Below, one piece after another: positions 21,344-35,183 of a stretch of 64,000 nt of DNA (its first letter is position 1; each line of letters opens with the position of its first letter). The notes under the pieces are model-generated. The model was not told the origin of the DNA, did no database searches, and worked only from the letters and a program-made list of their open reading frames with translations. The position numbers and the translations under genes were made by a program. The stretch is taken from contig OY970061.1 of assembly GCA_963705255.1 (NCBI GenBank), positions 1,600,001 to 1,664,000 on the forward strand. The letters are read 5' to 3'. Source of the DNA: an uncultured Methanoregulaceae archaeon. Lineage in GTDB: Archaea > Halobacteriota > Methanomicrobia > Methanomicrobiales > Methanospirillaceae.

Positions 21344-21727
21344 ATGACAGGACAACACTCATTCGGAAACCTGATCTATACCTATGATGCCGCAGCCGGG
21401 GAAGCGCTCGGCAAGCGGGAGAGCCACACGCCGAAGATCGAGGCGCCGGCTACTGTGAAGCCTGATGAACTCTTCAGCCTGAAGGTAACCGTGGGGTCCC
21501 ACCCGAATACGGTCGAGCACTCGATCCGGTGGATCATGGTCACGTTCGAAGAGGAGGGGCGGGCCTTCAACCCGGTCTTCCTCGGGAAGGTGTCCCTGAA
21601 CTCCGTGACCACCCAGCCGGAAGTAGTCCTGAGCGTAAAGCTGCCAAAGAGCGGCGTCATCCACGCGCTCGAGTACTGCAACCTTCACGGCCTGTGGGCG
21701 GGGAAACGGGAGATCAAGGTCCAGTAA
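21344..21727 (+). CDS. Superoxide reductase (neelaredoxin-type)
   Basis: ESHTPKI, HPNTVEHSIRW, YCNLHGLW iron ligands. Confidence 0.9.
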   Translation: MTGQHSFGNLIYTYDAAAGEALGKRESHTPKIEAPATVKPDELFSLKVTVGSHPNTVEHSIRWIMVTFEEEGRAFNPVFLGKVSLNSVTTQPEVVLSVKLPKSGVIHALEYCNLHGLWAGKREIKVQ

Positions 21728-21782
21728 TTTTTTCGGTTTTTATCGTCCGGAACACGGGAGGAACTGACGGGAGTTTTCTCGC

Positions 21783-22214
21783 ATGCCACGCTACTGGATC
21801 ATAGTCGCATCAAAGGACCATGTCATGCATGGTGTCTCGCTCGGTATCGCGCAGGCAGGGCACGGCAAACGATCGGGGATTGCACGGATGCACGCGGGGG
21901 ACGGGATCGTCTACTATTCCCCGAAGGAAGAGTATTCGGGTCATGAACCGCTCAAGGCCTTCACCGCTCTTGGCTTTGTCGAAGATGAGGAGATCTGGCA
22001 GGGAGAAGAGTCGCCGGATTTCCGGCCGTTCCGGCGCAGGGTGAAGTACGTTGCAACAAAAGATGTGCCGGCTGCACCCCTTGTCGGGGATCTGAAGTTC
22101 ATCCGGAACAAGAAGGCATGGGGCTATGTCATGCGCTTTGGGCTCATCGAGATCCCGGAGGAGGACTTCCGGCGTATCGGCGCTGAAATGCGAGTCCCTG
22201 ACCCTAATCCCTGA
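21783..22214 (+). CDS. EVE-domain protein
   Basis: YWIIVASKDHV, HGK, GDGIVYYSP, WGYVMRFGLIEI. Confidence 0.85.
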   Translation: MPRYWIIVASKDHVMHGVSLGIAQAGHGKRSGIARMHAGDGIVYYSPKEEYSGHEPLKAFTALGFVEDEEIWQGEESPDFRPFRRRVKYVATKDVPAAPLVGDLKFIRNKKAWGYVMRFGLIEIPEEDFRRIGAEMRVPDPNP

Positions 22215-22442
22215 TTCTTCTGAAAGCGGATCGGGACGGCGGTGCTGTCTCTCCTTGCAACGGGAGGGCAGGGGGCGGGTGCCCGAGAAGAGCCTGGGCT
22301 GCTGTTCACTACAGGTTTTGATAACACATCACTCAGGCCGCGAACCTGATGCTGTCCCGATAGGGACAGGATGACATTTTTCAGAGAGCATCCGCTCTTT
22401 GAGTAAAATTTCATAAGAACAGATACCGTGTAAGAAGGAAGG

Positions 22443-22565
22443 TGATAGCAGCTTGGTATGCTTCCCGGGGACTCGCGTACCTCGATACAACATACTACGT
22501 GTGCCGGCTTAACTGCTGGGTTCGGAATGAGACCAGGTGTGTCCCGACAGCTATGGCCGCTATCA
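22443..22565 (-). rRNA. rrf: 5S rRNA
   Basis: GCGGCCATAGC..CATTCCGAACCCAGCAGTTAAG..; ends complementary. Confidence 0.93.
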
Positions 22566-22584
22566 CCACATGTTTGCTTTTAGA

Positions 22585-22678
22585 TGCTGGTTCTGAACGA
22601 AGAGCGATCGCATCATCTCCGAAGTCGAAGAATCGCAGGCGATTCTTCTCCTCGTCGATGTGTTGACACACATCTCCG
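22585..22678 (-). repeat. Hairpin cassette (GAGAAGAATCGC..GCGATTCTTCGAC) in tRNA-Cys/5S spacer
   Basis: Stems at 22627-22648 and 22657-22674 (GTCA loop on minus strand). Confidence 0.7.
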
Positions 22679-22680
22679 AA

Positions 22681-22752
22681 AGCCAAGGTCCGGATTTGAA
22701 CCGGAGTGTAGTTGATCTGCAGTCAACCGCGTGGCCGCTCCGCCACCTTGGC
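22681..22752 (-). tRNA. tRNA-Cys(GCA)
   Basis: GCCAAGGTGGCGGAGCGGCCACGCGGTTGACT-GCA-GATCAACTACACTCCGGTTCAAATCCGGACCTTGGCT. Confidence 0.96.
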
Positions 22753-22792
22753 GACCGTGTAGGATGATACCCTATCCTCTATGTCAGGATAC

Positions 22793-22804
22793 GATATAAG
22801 GTTT
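22793..22804 (-). promoter_or_regulatory. Putative internal BRE/TATA promoter for tRNA-Cys-5S
   Basis: Minus strand AAACCTTATATC about 40 nt upstream of the tRNA-Cys 5' end. Confidence 0.5.
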
Positions 22805-22835
22805 GCACTCAGAATTTCGTCTGGGTTTAACGTGG

Positions 22836-25757
<2,922 letters not shown>

Positions 25758-25870
25758 GCTCCGCTAAACCCATTTAACGTCCTGAGTGCACCTTTACACG
25801 ACCTCGCAAAGTCATTGGTTTGACTCTCAGCCCTTCCCTCGTGATTCGCATCCCGAGGTGCATCTAAACC

Positions 25871-25922
25871 GGCCCACCGGGATTCGAACCCGTCCTCGTT
25901 CACCCCAGGAGGTGATTGAGCC
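25871..25922 (-). pseudogene. Degenerate tRNA-like element at the tRNA-Ala position of the 16S-23S spacer
   Basis: GGCTCA..TGGGCC acceptor-like stem and CGGG-TTCGAAT-CCCG T-arm; no D or anticodon arm. Confidence 0.7.
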
Positions 25923-25992
25923 TTTTTCATGTCGACACCGGCAATTTTACAGTTTGTCCAGTAACCGCTTTTAACCCGAAATCAAATTCGTT

Positions 25993-27460
<1,468 letters not shown>

Positions 27461-27655
27461 TCTACAAATATACGCACACTATCTGAACTGTTTCGAGGAA
27501 TTAGCGGTTACTAAACAAATTTCCGCATTGCCAGTATCAACGTCAGAACCAACACCGGTCATGCCGGGTATCGTTGGATCTCCATCAAAGAGAATTTGTG
27601 TTACGCTTCGTCGTGTTGTTTGATTGAACACGGGCTCATAATGTATGTCTCAAGG

Positions 27656-27820
27656 ATATTTATACCTTGTGACCCGAGCCATCTCCCGTCGGAACCAATG
27701 CCGTGAAAACCGGCCTACTTGGTCCTTCACTGTGGGTGCCTTATTGGGTGAACTGCGTCGTGATTTTTCACGCGTTCACGGGCTTACAATGTAGGTTAGA
27801 GGATTATTTATACCTTGTTG
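27656..27820 (-). promoter_or_regulatory. Tandem rRNA promoters (BRE + TATA)
   Basis: Minus-strand ACAAGGTATAAATA repeated at about 27657-27670 and 27805-27818. Confidence 0.75.
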
Positions 27821-28401
27821 CCTATCTTGTATTTTCCGTCGGAGCCGACACCGGTCCCTTGCGGGGCGGTCTTCGCCGGTTCGTCATCAGGTTTTGCAGG
27901 ACATATTATAGGAGAGCCGGACACTTAAACATTCTCTCTGGCGTCCCGCCGGTATTGCCTGCCGGATCTATCGCCCCGGAAATATACCCGGGCCGGATAG
28001 AGCAGGAATGACTCCTGAACTTTTCTTTTGGGGCGATTTTGGGATTTCCCGGAAATTTTTCTTCTTGTACCGGTCGGCTCGGCTGAAGTTCCCGGAAATG
28101 GCTGGTTATCCGGAAAAGTGCGGGGAGCGCGGCACGACCTAATGGTCACTTCTGATGGAACGCGCGAAAGGTTGGTGATTGTGTGCGGGTACCTTGCCGC
28201 AATCGCGTATGCAGGTTGGATATCTTACATCATCTACTATAATACGTCCTTATGAGACAGAATTGACATATCAATAAAAGCACTTATCGCGGAATAGACA
28301 TACACTATGCGGAAATCCTATCTCAAAGCAAGAGGTCCAAATGACAGCGCAACGACCTCCCAAGAATGTTTTTGTACTTTTTCAAAAACACAACTTCAAA
28401 A

Positions 28402-29313
28402 TTAAACCAAATTGATATTTGGTGCGATGTCTGAAGGTATCAGATTATATTCCCGCTGCCAATCAGATATGAGTCCATTTATAAGACCATCCATTTCATT
28501 CATTGTTTTAATTAGAGCATCCTTGTCTCTTTGATATTCATCCATATCCTCTTTAAAAGATAGTTCGATTAATTTTGATCTCAATTGGTCTCTATTCATT
28601 TTATAAAATGGAAAATTCTGATATCGGTAGGCTTTTTTTGCATCTGCAATTGCAAAAGCGAATACCATTTCATAACCCACTTCATTTGTAATGCAATCAC
28701 CAGAACTAATCAAAGTGTTGCAGAACGATTTAAATTCTGACCATATGTTACTCCTTTTTTGGATTATATTTTTAAGATTTTTCTCGATGAGATTTGAGGA
28801 TTTTTCGAATTCCTCACTTAATTGTTCGATTTTAGTTAGGTATTTATTTAAGACCTTATCGGGATTATGAATTCGTCTTTTCAACAATAAGTCCGGTGAA
28901 AAAAATATATTTATTTTCTGATGGACAGGTAATTTTTCATTATCAGACAATTTTTGGAGAATATAACCACTTTGAAGCAACTTATCAGTATCTTTGTTCA
29001 TTTCCTTAATCGGCGAAAATATTGTAACCGCCATATTGGCATAGACACGGCTTTGGCGTTCTTTTTCATTTAAATCCACTAATTTCTGGTTGTTGATTGT
29101 GGAAAAAACAGTCATTATTAACAAACGTATTGTCAAAAACGGAGCCGCCCAAGCAGGATCCCAATATGCAATTACAGAAAACAATGCTACAAGAATGCTT
29201 CCAACTATTAAATAACACATTCTTTCGAGTAAAATTTCAGCTTTTATAATTTTCCAACCAACGTAGATGAGAAATGCAAAAATTATAATTAAGCCAAAAC
29301 CACGAAGCCACAC
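28402..29313 (-). CDS. AT-rich hypothetical membrane protein
   Basis: 303-aa ORF with three N-terminal TM segments in a very AT-rich tract; start uncertain. Confidence 0.7.
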   Translation of the reverse strand: MWLRGFGLIIIFAFLIYVGWKIIKAEILLERMCYLIVGSILVALFSVIAYWDPAWAAPFLTIRLLIMTVFSTINNQKLVDLNEKERQSRVYANMAVTIFSPIKEMNKDTDKLLQSGYILQKLSDNEKLPVHQKINIFFSPDLLLKRRIHNPDKVLNKYLTKIEQLSEEFEKSSNLIEKNLKNIIQKRSNIWSEFKSFCNTLISSGDCITNEVGYEMVFAFAIADAKKAYRYQNFPFYKMNRDQLRSKLIELSFKEDMDEYQRDKDALIKTMNEMDGLINGLISDWQREYNLIPSDIAPNINLV

Positions 29314-29372
29314 ATTTGGGATCTTTTTTAAAATATCAGCATTTTGATTAGCATTTTCATTTTGGTTTTGTA

Positions 29373-29780
29373 TTATCGATTCGTTAACACAATTTTGTTG
29401 ATTGTACTTATTTTCAGTTGATGCAATATTCGTATAATTATTTGTGTAATATGTGTTTTCGATATGAATTGTTTGTTAATTACAATATTTGGTTGAGATG
29501 TTGTTTTTTCAATTACAGTATTTTGATTACTAAAAGGAAGAAGAGCAGCAGAGAATAAGAAATAAAATAGTAAAAATGCTATTATTATCCCCAAGGCGAT
29601 CGTCGGAACGATTGCTTTTTTGCAGAGCTCTTGTGCACTCGGTTCTTTTTTCTCTTCTTTATTTTTCTGTTTAATGTACTCATACCAAGCTGAAACAACC
29701 CATCCGCCAAACGTACCCATAATTATCCCAACCGCCAATGAACCGAAAAAGAGCAATCCATCTTCTGGGGAAATGGACAT
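29373..29780 (-). CDS. AT-rich hypothetical membrane protein
   Basis: 135-aa ORF with two TM segments; C-terminus may be frameshifted. Confidence 0.6.
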   Translation of the reverse strand: MSISPEDGLLFFGSLAVGIIMGTFGGWVVSAWYEYIKQKNKEEKKEPSAQELCKKAIVPTIALGIIIAFLLFYFLFSAALLPFSNQNTVIEKTTSQPNIVINKQFISKTHITQIIIRILHQLKISTINKIVLTNR

Positions 29781-29978
29781 GTAATGAATATTCTTCGAAC
29801 TGGATGTAAATATATTGTCTTATATTTTTAAGATACTAAAAATCAGAATTGCCATTCCTGCATCAGCAAATGGTGGGTGAACAAGTAAAGACATTCCTAA
29901 ACCAGCAGAGTTGATCAAAGTGGTCTTTTAATTAAATCCACAATTTTCCAAATGAGGGGTCACCTCCCACTACATGTT

Positions 29979-30271
29979 TACCCCATCCGACCCCCCCTCC
30001 CCAATATAGCCATCCTGATGGCGGGTGCCGTGAATAATTAGCGTCTATAAATTGCAGTAAATCACCGGCAAAATACATGCCGGAAATGCGTAAGGTCTAG
30101 GGGGGTCGGATGGGGTACTCATGCATTGAAACACCCCCTGCCGTACGCGAACACGCTGCCACGCAATCCGGAACAGACCAACTCAAACAACGGAATCCCG
30201 GGCAGGCTGGGCAGGGCCGAGTCGCCAGAATCTCCGGCCGACAGGATCATTTTTACCCCATCCGACCCCCC
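29979..30271. repeat. Three copies of 18-bp TACCCCATCCGACCCCCC (forward, reverse, forward)
   Basis: Exact copies at 29979-29996 (+), 30100-30117 (-), 30254-30271 (+). Confidence 0.9.
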
Positions 30272-30397
30272 GCAACCAACCACCAAGGATTTATCGGACC
30301 CCCGCACATTCTCCTTGATCAGAACCGTACACCAGCCCACCCATGCGGCAGAATGCCCGGTCGCTGTTGGAGCTGCAGTCATGCAGATGGGTATGCT

Positions 30398-30901
30398 ATG
30401 GGATATTTCAAGCCGAAACCCGGAACAAAAAGTGCTGTCCGCTACCTGAAAACCCCATTCCCCGACCTGATGGCGTTTGATGCCGTCGTCCAGTCGCTCG
30501 TCATGAATAACCCGCTCGGGTGCATTTCCTACATGAGCGCGGGAAAGAACCATCCCCCGATCGAGAAGGCCAGGGAAATGTATACCGCGAAATTCGTGTA
30601 CCTGAATGCGGGAGGAAAACAGATCGGGCGCGGGCTGGACATGTATGACTCCATCGACGGTTACGAGACCGGTGTCGCCGCAGTCATCTCGAACATGGCG
30701 AACATCGCATCGCACCGCGGGAAGGTCCGGCACCTCCCTGGCGCAGACCTCTTCTCCGTCACCCTGAAGTGCCGCGACCCGGACGGCGAACTGTACTTCC
30801 TGAGCATCGCCCGCGACCGGGTTACGCTGTCATCCTATAGTGATGATGCGATCCGGAAGCGGGTCGAGAAGTGGGCGGACGGCGTGCCGGGGCTGGCGTA
30901 A
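30398..30901 (+). CDS. Uncharacterised Methanomicrobiales protein (KSAVR..NNPLGC..LKC.DP.GELY..SY.DDAIR..VE.WAD)
   Basis: 167-aa coding-like ORF from MGYFKPKPGTKSAVR; resembles a family I recall as multi-copy in Methanomicrobiales. Confidence 0.8.
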   Translation: MGYFKPKPGTKSAVRYLKTPFPDLMAFDAVVQSLVMNNPLGCISYMSAGKNHPPIEKAREMYTAKFVYLNAGGKQIGRGLDMYDSIDGYETGVAAVISNMANIASHRGKVRHLPGADLFSVTLKCRDPDGELYFLSIARDRVTLSSYSDDAIRKRVEKWADGVPGLA

Positions 30902-30928
30902 GAGGATAATCTAAAAGTCAACGAGGAT

Positions 30929-31204
30929 TCAGAAGTCCCGGTAGGAGTGTTTCCGATGTTCGACTTCCAGGACATGAATGATCAGGACATCGTCATGGAT
31001 GGACAGGAGGGCACGCACCTCCCGCATGACCCTGAAGGAGTACACCGGGTGTTTCGGGTTGGATGCCTTTAGTTTTTTCACGTAAAGATATGGGGCGTCA
31101 GAGATTTCGTCGATTGTACGGATGGTCTTTTGGGCAACTTCCCGCGGGAGTTTGCGAAGATCCTGACGTGCACGGCGAGTGTACCTGACCAGATACACGC
31201 TCAT
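30929..31204 (-). CDS. RelE/ParE-family toxin
   Basis: YTRRARQDLRKL..KKLK..YSFRV..R..VEHRKHSY; ATGA overlap with upstream antitoxin. Confidence 0.85.
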   Translation of the reverse strand: MSVYLVRYTRRARQDLRKLPREVAQKTIRTIDEISDAPYLYVKKLKASNPKHPVYSFRVMREVRALLSIHDDVLIIHVLEVEHRKHSYRDF

Positions 31205-31437
31205 TCAACACCGAATTCGGCCTTGATATCTTCTTCAGAGATGAGGTTCCCTTTTTTAATGTCTTCAAGGGCTTCTTCCAGCCCTTGGATCGCTTCCTCG
31301 CTGAGCGGCTCGTCATCGATTGCAACAGACACAAGCCGCTCGATGACATCGCTGTATGACTCTTTCGGATGTCGTTTAAGGTCATCCAGCTGGCCCTTGA
31401 GATCTTTCCGGATATAGATCGTGGTCGCTGCCTGCAT
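31201..31437 (-). CDS. Antitoxin (RHH-like, acidic C-terminus)
   Basis: TTIYI..LKRHPKESYSDVIERL..LEEALEDIKKG. Confidence 0.8.
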   Translation of the reverse strand: MQAATTIYIRKDLKGQLDDLKRHPKESYSDVIERLVSVAIDDEPLSEEAIQGLEEALEDIKKGNLISEEDIKAEFGVE

Positions 31438-31614
31438 AGTAGTAACTCTATGCACCTATAGGTATTAAACCGGATGGTTCCTACAAATAACGGACGGAGG
31501 GAGACGTGGGCGCTGAAGTGCCATGATCTGAAGGGGTACTCTAGATCGGAATCCGTCCTTATTACCGGAGTACTACCTATAAAAAATCAAAAATCCTACG
31601 ATTTCGTATCGACC

Positions 31615-32101
31615 ATGATCATCCTTCGTCCCATTACTCCCGACGACATCGCCATCATCCGGGGATGACCTCCCTACCCACCGGAATTCCGGGACCTCGA
31701 TTATGCTCTCAGGGATGGTGGGTGGCTCGATGAGGTACTGGCAAAAGACCGGCGCGGATATCCTTGTCGCTGACGATAACGGGGAGATAGCCGGTTTTTC
31801 GATCATCGCGCGGGAACCCTGGGGGATTGCAGAGTTCCGGATCGCACTTCATCCGGCGAGACTCGGGCAGGGACTGGGAAGAACCATCACACGCCTTTCC
31901 CTAACCCATGGGTTTTCAGATCCGGCGACCACCACCATCCGGCTCATCGTAAGGAAGAATAACCCGCGTGCAGAAAGACTGTACGAACACCTGCATTTCC
32001 GTCGTACCGGTGAGTGCATGGAAGTGATCCAGGGAAAAGCGGTGGAGTTCTGGCGGATGGAAATTGACAGGGATACATTTCATGGGGTGAATACACAATG
32101 A
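31615..32101 (+). CDS. GNAT acetyltransferase, interrupted by TGA (31666) and a frameshift (about 31734), both probable miscalls
   Basis: [36 protein letters not shown] then [20 protein letters not shown]. Confidence 0.75.
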
Positions 32102-32658
32102 AGGAAGCATTACTGGTCATCGATGTCCAGAACGAATATTTCTCCGGAAAACTGCCGGTCACCTACCCGAAGGGGAGTCTGGTCAGTATCCTGCAGGCCA
32201 TGGATGCCGCACACGCTGCACAGGTCCCGGTCGTCGTCATCCAGCACGCCAGCCATGCGCCGGACGCGGCAACGTTCCGGCACGGAACCTATGGCTGGGA
32301 ACTTCATGCCGAAGTGAAAAAACGGCCCCGTGATCTGCCGATCGAGAAGACCCTGCCGGGGAGTTTCAGCGGTACCACCCTCGACACTTGGCTCAGGAAT
32401 CGCGGCATCGGCTCGGTGACCATTGCCGGTTATATGACCCAGATGTGCTGCGACACGACCGCACGACAGGCATTCCATAACGGGTACGGCGTAAAATTCC
32501 TTTCGGATGCGACCGGGACGCTGAGCGTCACCAACCGGGCCGGGACAATCGGCGATGCGGACCTGCACCGTGCAGTTCTCGTGACCCAGCAGATGCGGTT
32601 CTCGCAGGTCATGACGACCGCGGAGTGGATCCGGTCATTGAACGTTGTCTTCGATTAG
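32098..32658 (+). CDS. Cysteine hydrolase (isochorismatase family)
   Basis: [25 protein letters not shown]. Confidence 0.92.
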   Translation: MKEALLVIDVQNEYFSGKLPVTYPKGSLVSILQAMDAAHAAQVPVVVIQHASHAPDAATFRHGTYGWELHAEVKKRPRDLPIEKTLPGSFSGTTLDTWLRNRGIGSVTIAGYMTQMCCDTTARQAFHNGYGVKFLSDATGTLSVTNRAGTIGDADLHRAVLVTQQMRFSQVMTTAEWIRSLNVVFD

Positions 32659-32703
32659 CGGACAGGACAGAAAGAGAAATATCCCGGACAACGAATGAAG
32701 ATT

Positions 32704-34107
32704 ATGCACCGGGAACGAATCTGCCCTGCAAGCCGTTTTCTCCTGATTGCCATCGTTCTCCTGATCGGATGCCTTTCCCTGATCGTTCTCCCGGCGGCAG
32801 CAGAATCGGACGGCAGTATCCGGATTTATTCGAACCCTCCCGGCAGCGGCGCATGTCTTGACAGCACTGATAACTCCGGGAACTGCATAGCATTCGACAG
32901 CAGCGGGTTTGCTGAATTCTACAATATCGCCGGGGGCAGTTCTCATACCGTTTCCGTCTTCCTTGACGGCTACCAGACCTCCACAACGACGGTCTATGTA
33001 CCGGAGGGCCAGGAGGTCGAGCTCCATGCAGACCTGCAGCCGAATCCTTCCGCGACAACCTCCCCCATCCCGACCTCGGCGACCACAACGACCCCGGATT
33101 TCCTGCAGGGCCTCATCACCGCGATCCGGAACCTCTTCTCCGGTGGCAGTTCCGGCGCCATCAATAGCCAGTCTCAGGCCGGGAGCACCGGAACCACCGT
33201 TTCCGGAACTGCAACCACCCTTCCGACCCCCACAACCCCGGGAGAGGGGCCGAAGGTGATCGCCGCCTACTTCTATCTCTTCGACCCTGCCTACGATGCC
33301 GCGATCTCGGTGCAGGACCAGATCCCGTGGAAGAAGGTCAACCGCGTGTATATCGGTTTTGCCACGGTCCAGGACGGCGTACTGACCGATTTACCGGCTG
33401 GCAGCTCGGCAGAAGACACCGCACAGCGTGAAGTAAACAAGGCAAAGATCCGGAACGTCATCGCATTGTGCCGGCAGGGCAACCCGGACGCCGAGATCTT
33501 CATCACGTCCAACTTCGGGGAGGGCATGGACGACCAGTACCTCCAGGCGGCACAGGATCCGCAGAAGTTTGCCGGCAGCGTCCTTTCCTACCTGAAAGCC
33601 TATGACCTCGACGGCTACGACATGGACTGGGAGAGCCGCCAGATCGACGACTACGCCCCCCAGCTGACCTCGCTCCTCTCGGCCTGCCATGCCACGTTTA
33701 CAGCAGCCGGGACAGACCCACACGGCCATACCTACCAGCTGACCCACACGGTCTGGCCCGGGGTCGAGTCGGCGCAGACCGTTGCCGGCCTGAAGGACAG
33801 CGTGGACCAGATCAATATCATGTCCTACGGGCCCGGGGACACGTATGACCTCGCATCCTATGCAGATGCCTATTACCAGGCCGGGTTCCCCTACGGGAAG
33901 ATAATCGGGGGCGTAGAGAGCGAATCCGGGTATCCCGAGAGCGGCGGACCGGATACGCAGGCCTCGGTTGATGCCAAATGCGCGTATGTGAAGGCGAACG
34001 ACCTGGCCGGCCTGTTCGAGTGGCGCATGGACAACGACATGCGAGCAGACAACGGCCCGCCAACCTTCCGTGTGACAGGGTGGATGCACGATTGTCTCAC
34101 GGGGTAA
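32704..34107 (+). CDS. Secreted GH18 chitinase-like glycoside hydrolase with PEGA-like domain
   Basis: Signal peptide, IYSNPPG PEGA-like domain, Thr-rich linker, LDGYDMDWE (DxxDxDxE), INIMSY, GLFEW. Confidence 0.85.
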   Translation: MHRERICPASRFLLIAIVLLIGCLSLIVLPAAAESDGSIRIYSNPPGSGACLDSTDNSGNCIAFDSSGFAEFYNIAGGSSHTVSVFLDGYQTSTTTVYVPEGQEVELHADLQPNPSATTSPIPTSATTTTPDFLQGLITAIRNLFSGGSSGAINSQSQAGSTGTTVSGTATTLPTPTTPGEGPKVIAAYFYLFDPAYDAAISVQDQIPWKKVNRVYIGFATVQDGVLTDLPAGSSAEDTAQREVNKAKIRNVIALCRQGNPDAEIFITSNFGEGMDDQYLQAAQDPQKFAGSVLSYLKAYDLDGYDMDWESRQIDDYAPQLTSLLSACHATFTAAGTDPHGHTYQLTHTVWPGVESAQTVAGLKDSVDQINIMSYGPGDTYDLASYADAYYQAGFPYGKIIGGVESESGYPESGGPDTQASVDAKCAYVKANDLAGLFEWRMDNDMRADNGPPTFRVTGWMHDCLTG

Positions 34108-34214
34108 ATCCCGGTTTGGTATTCGGGCACATCAATCCAGGTTATTGACGGGCGCATTTTCCTGCGGGACCGGGGCTGCTGGACGAACGGGGCCGGCAGG
34201 GGTCCTGGGTCCAT

Positions 34215-34614
34215 TCAGGTGCCGGAAATGTTCAGGCTCTCCTCAAGGCCTTCAAAATGTTTGTCGCCGCTCAGGATCTTCAGCCCGCGTGACCGGGCTG
34301 TGGCAAGGATCATGCAGTCAACGGCTCCCATGGCAGTGCCCTCCTTCTTCTGCAGGGATTTGATCGAGCCCGCAGTGACCGCGATCCGGATATCAACCGG
34401 GATCACCTCTGCATGGGAAAGGATCGTTGCAAGGAGCGACCCGGATTTTTCTTCTCCATACAAATCTCCAAGCCGGTACTGGAGACTGGTACAGTGTCAG
34501 CACGGAGACTGCGAGCGGGGAATTCCGTTCAATGCATTCCAGTGCCTGCCGTCCCCACGGGCTGTCCCGGAAGATCTCGATCCAGGTGAACGTATCAATG
34601 AGGATGCCGGTCAC
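34215..34614 (-). CDS. VapC-like PIN toxin (frameshift at about 34485, probable error)
   Basis: ILIDTFTWIE..; MGAVDCMILATA, LSGDKHF. Confidence 0.8.
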
Positions 34615-34917
34615 TCCGCATCCTCCTCCTCAACCTCCCGGTCATGGTCGCGATAGATTGCTTCGATATCCAGATCGGGAAGGATGCCCAGGAGCGAGCT
34701 GAGCGGTTTGACCGGAATCAGACTCGATGTGGCCTTCTACCTCTTTCACCTCGAAACGGTTTGCATGGTAATGGTCCCGGATCTTTTTGGGAAGCACCAT
34801 CCGGCCGGTTGCATCCACGGTGATGACCGTCCCGGTCTCTGCCCGGTATTCAGCCAGGGGCTCGCTGACTCCATGGAGCTTTTTCCGTTTGCCGGAATCT
34901 CGGGTTTTCTGTTTCAT
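34611..34917 (-). CDS. AbrB/MazE-family antitoxin (frameshift at about 34722, probable error)
   Basis: VDATGRMVLPKKIR; corrected C-terminus IELIPVKPLSSLLG..EEEDAE. Confidence 0.78.
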
Positions 34918-35183
34918 GGCCAGCCCTTTTACTGAAAGGTGGGATGTATGGAAAAATATAATTTTTGGCAAAAGAAAAAAATGGCAGAGCGGGTTTATTG
35001 GCAAAATCGGTATTGATTGGTGGCATATCGGTATCGGTAATTTTTTAGTTGATCCGATATTCACTGAGGGAGCGTTAAAAGTATTGATGGTAAAGCAGCG
35101 GCGTGGAAAACCGGAACTGCTGCAGTCATGTCGAGTGCGAAGGGGATATGAAAAATGTTGAGGGAGGATATTGCTGTATCCAA

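Noticed and set aside
31666-31668. In-frame TGA in the GNAT gene as selenocysteine or Trp recoding
   Set aside because: Context suggests Trp (TGG CCT), matching the GGCC-to-GACC miscall also seen in glyA; many genes here stop at TGA; the gene also has a GTAC-linked frameshift
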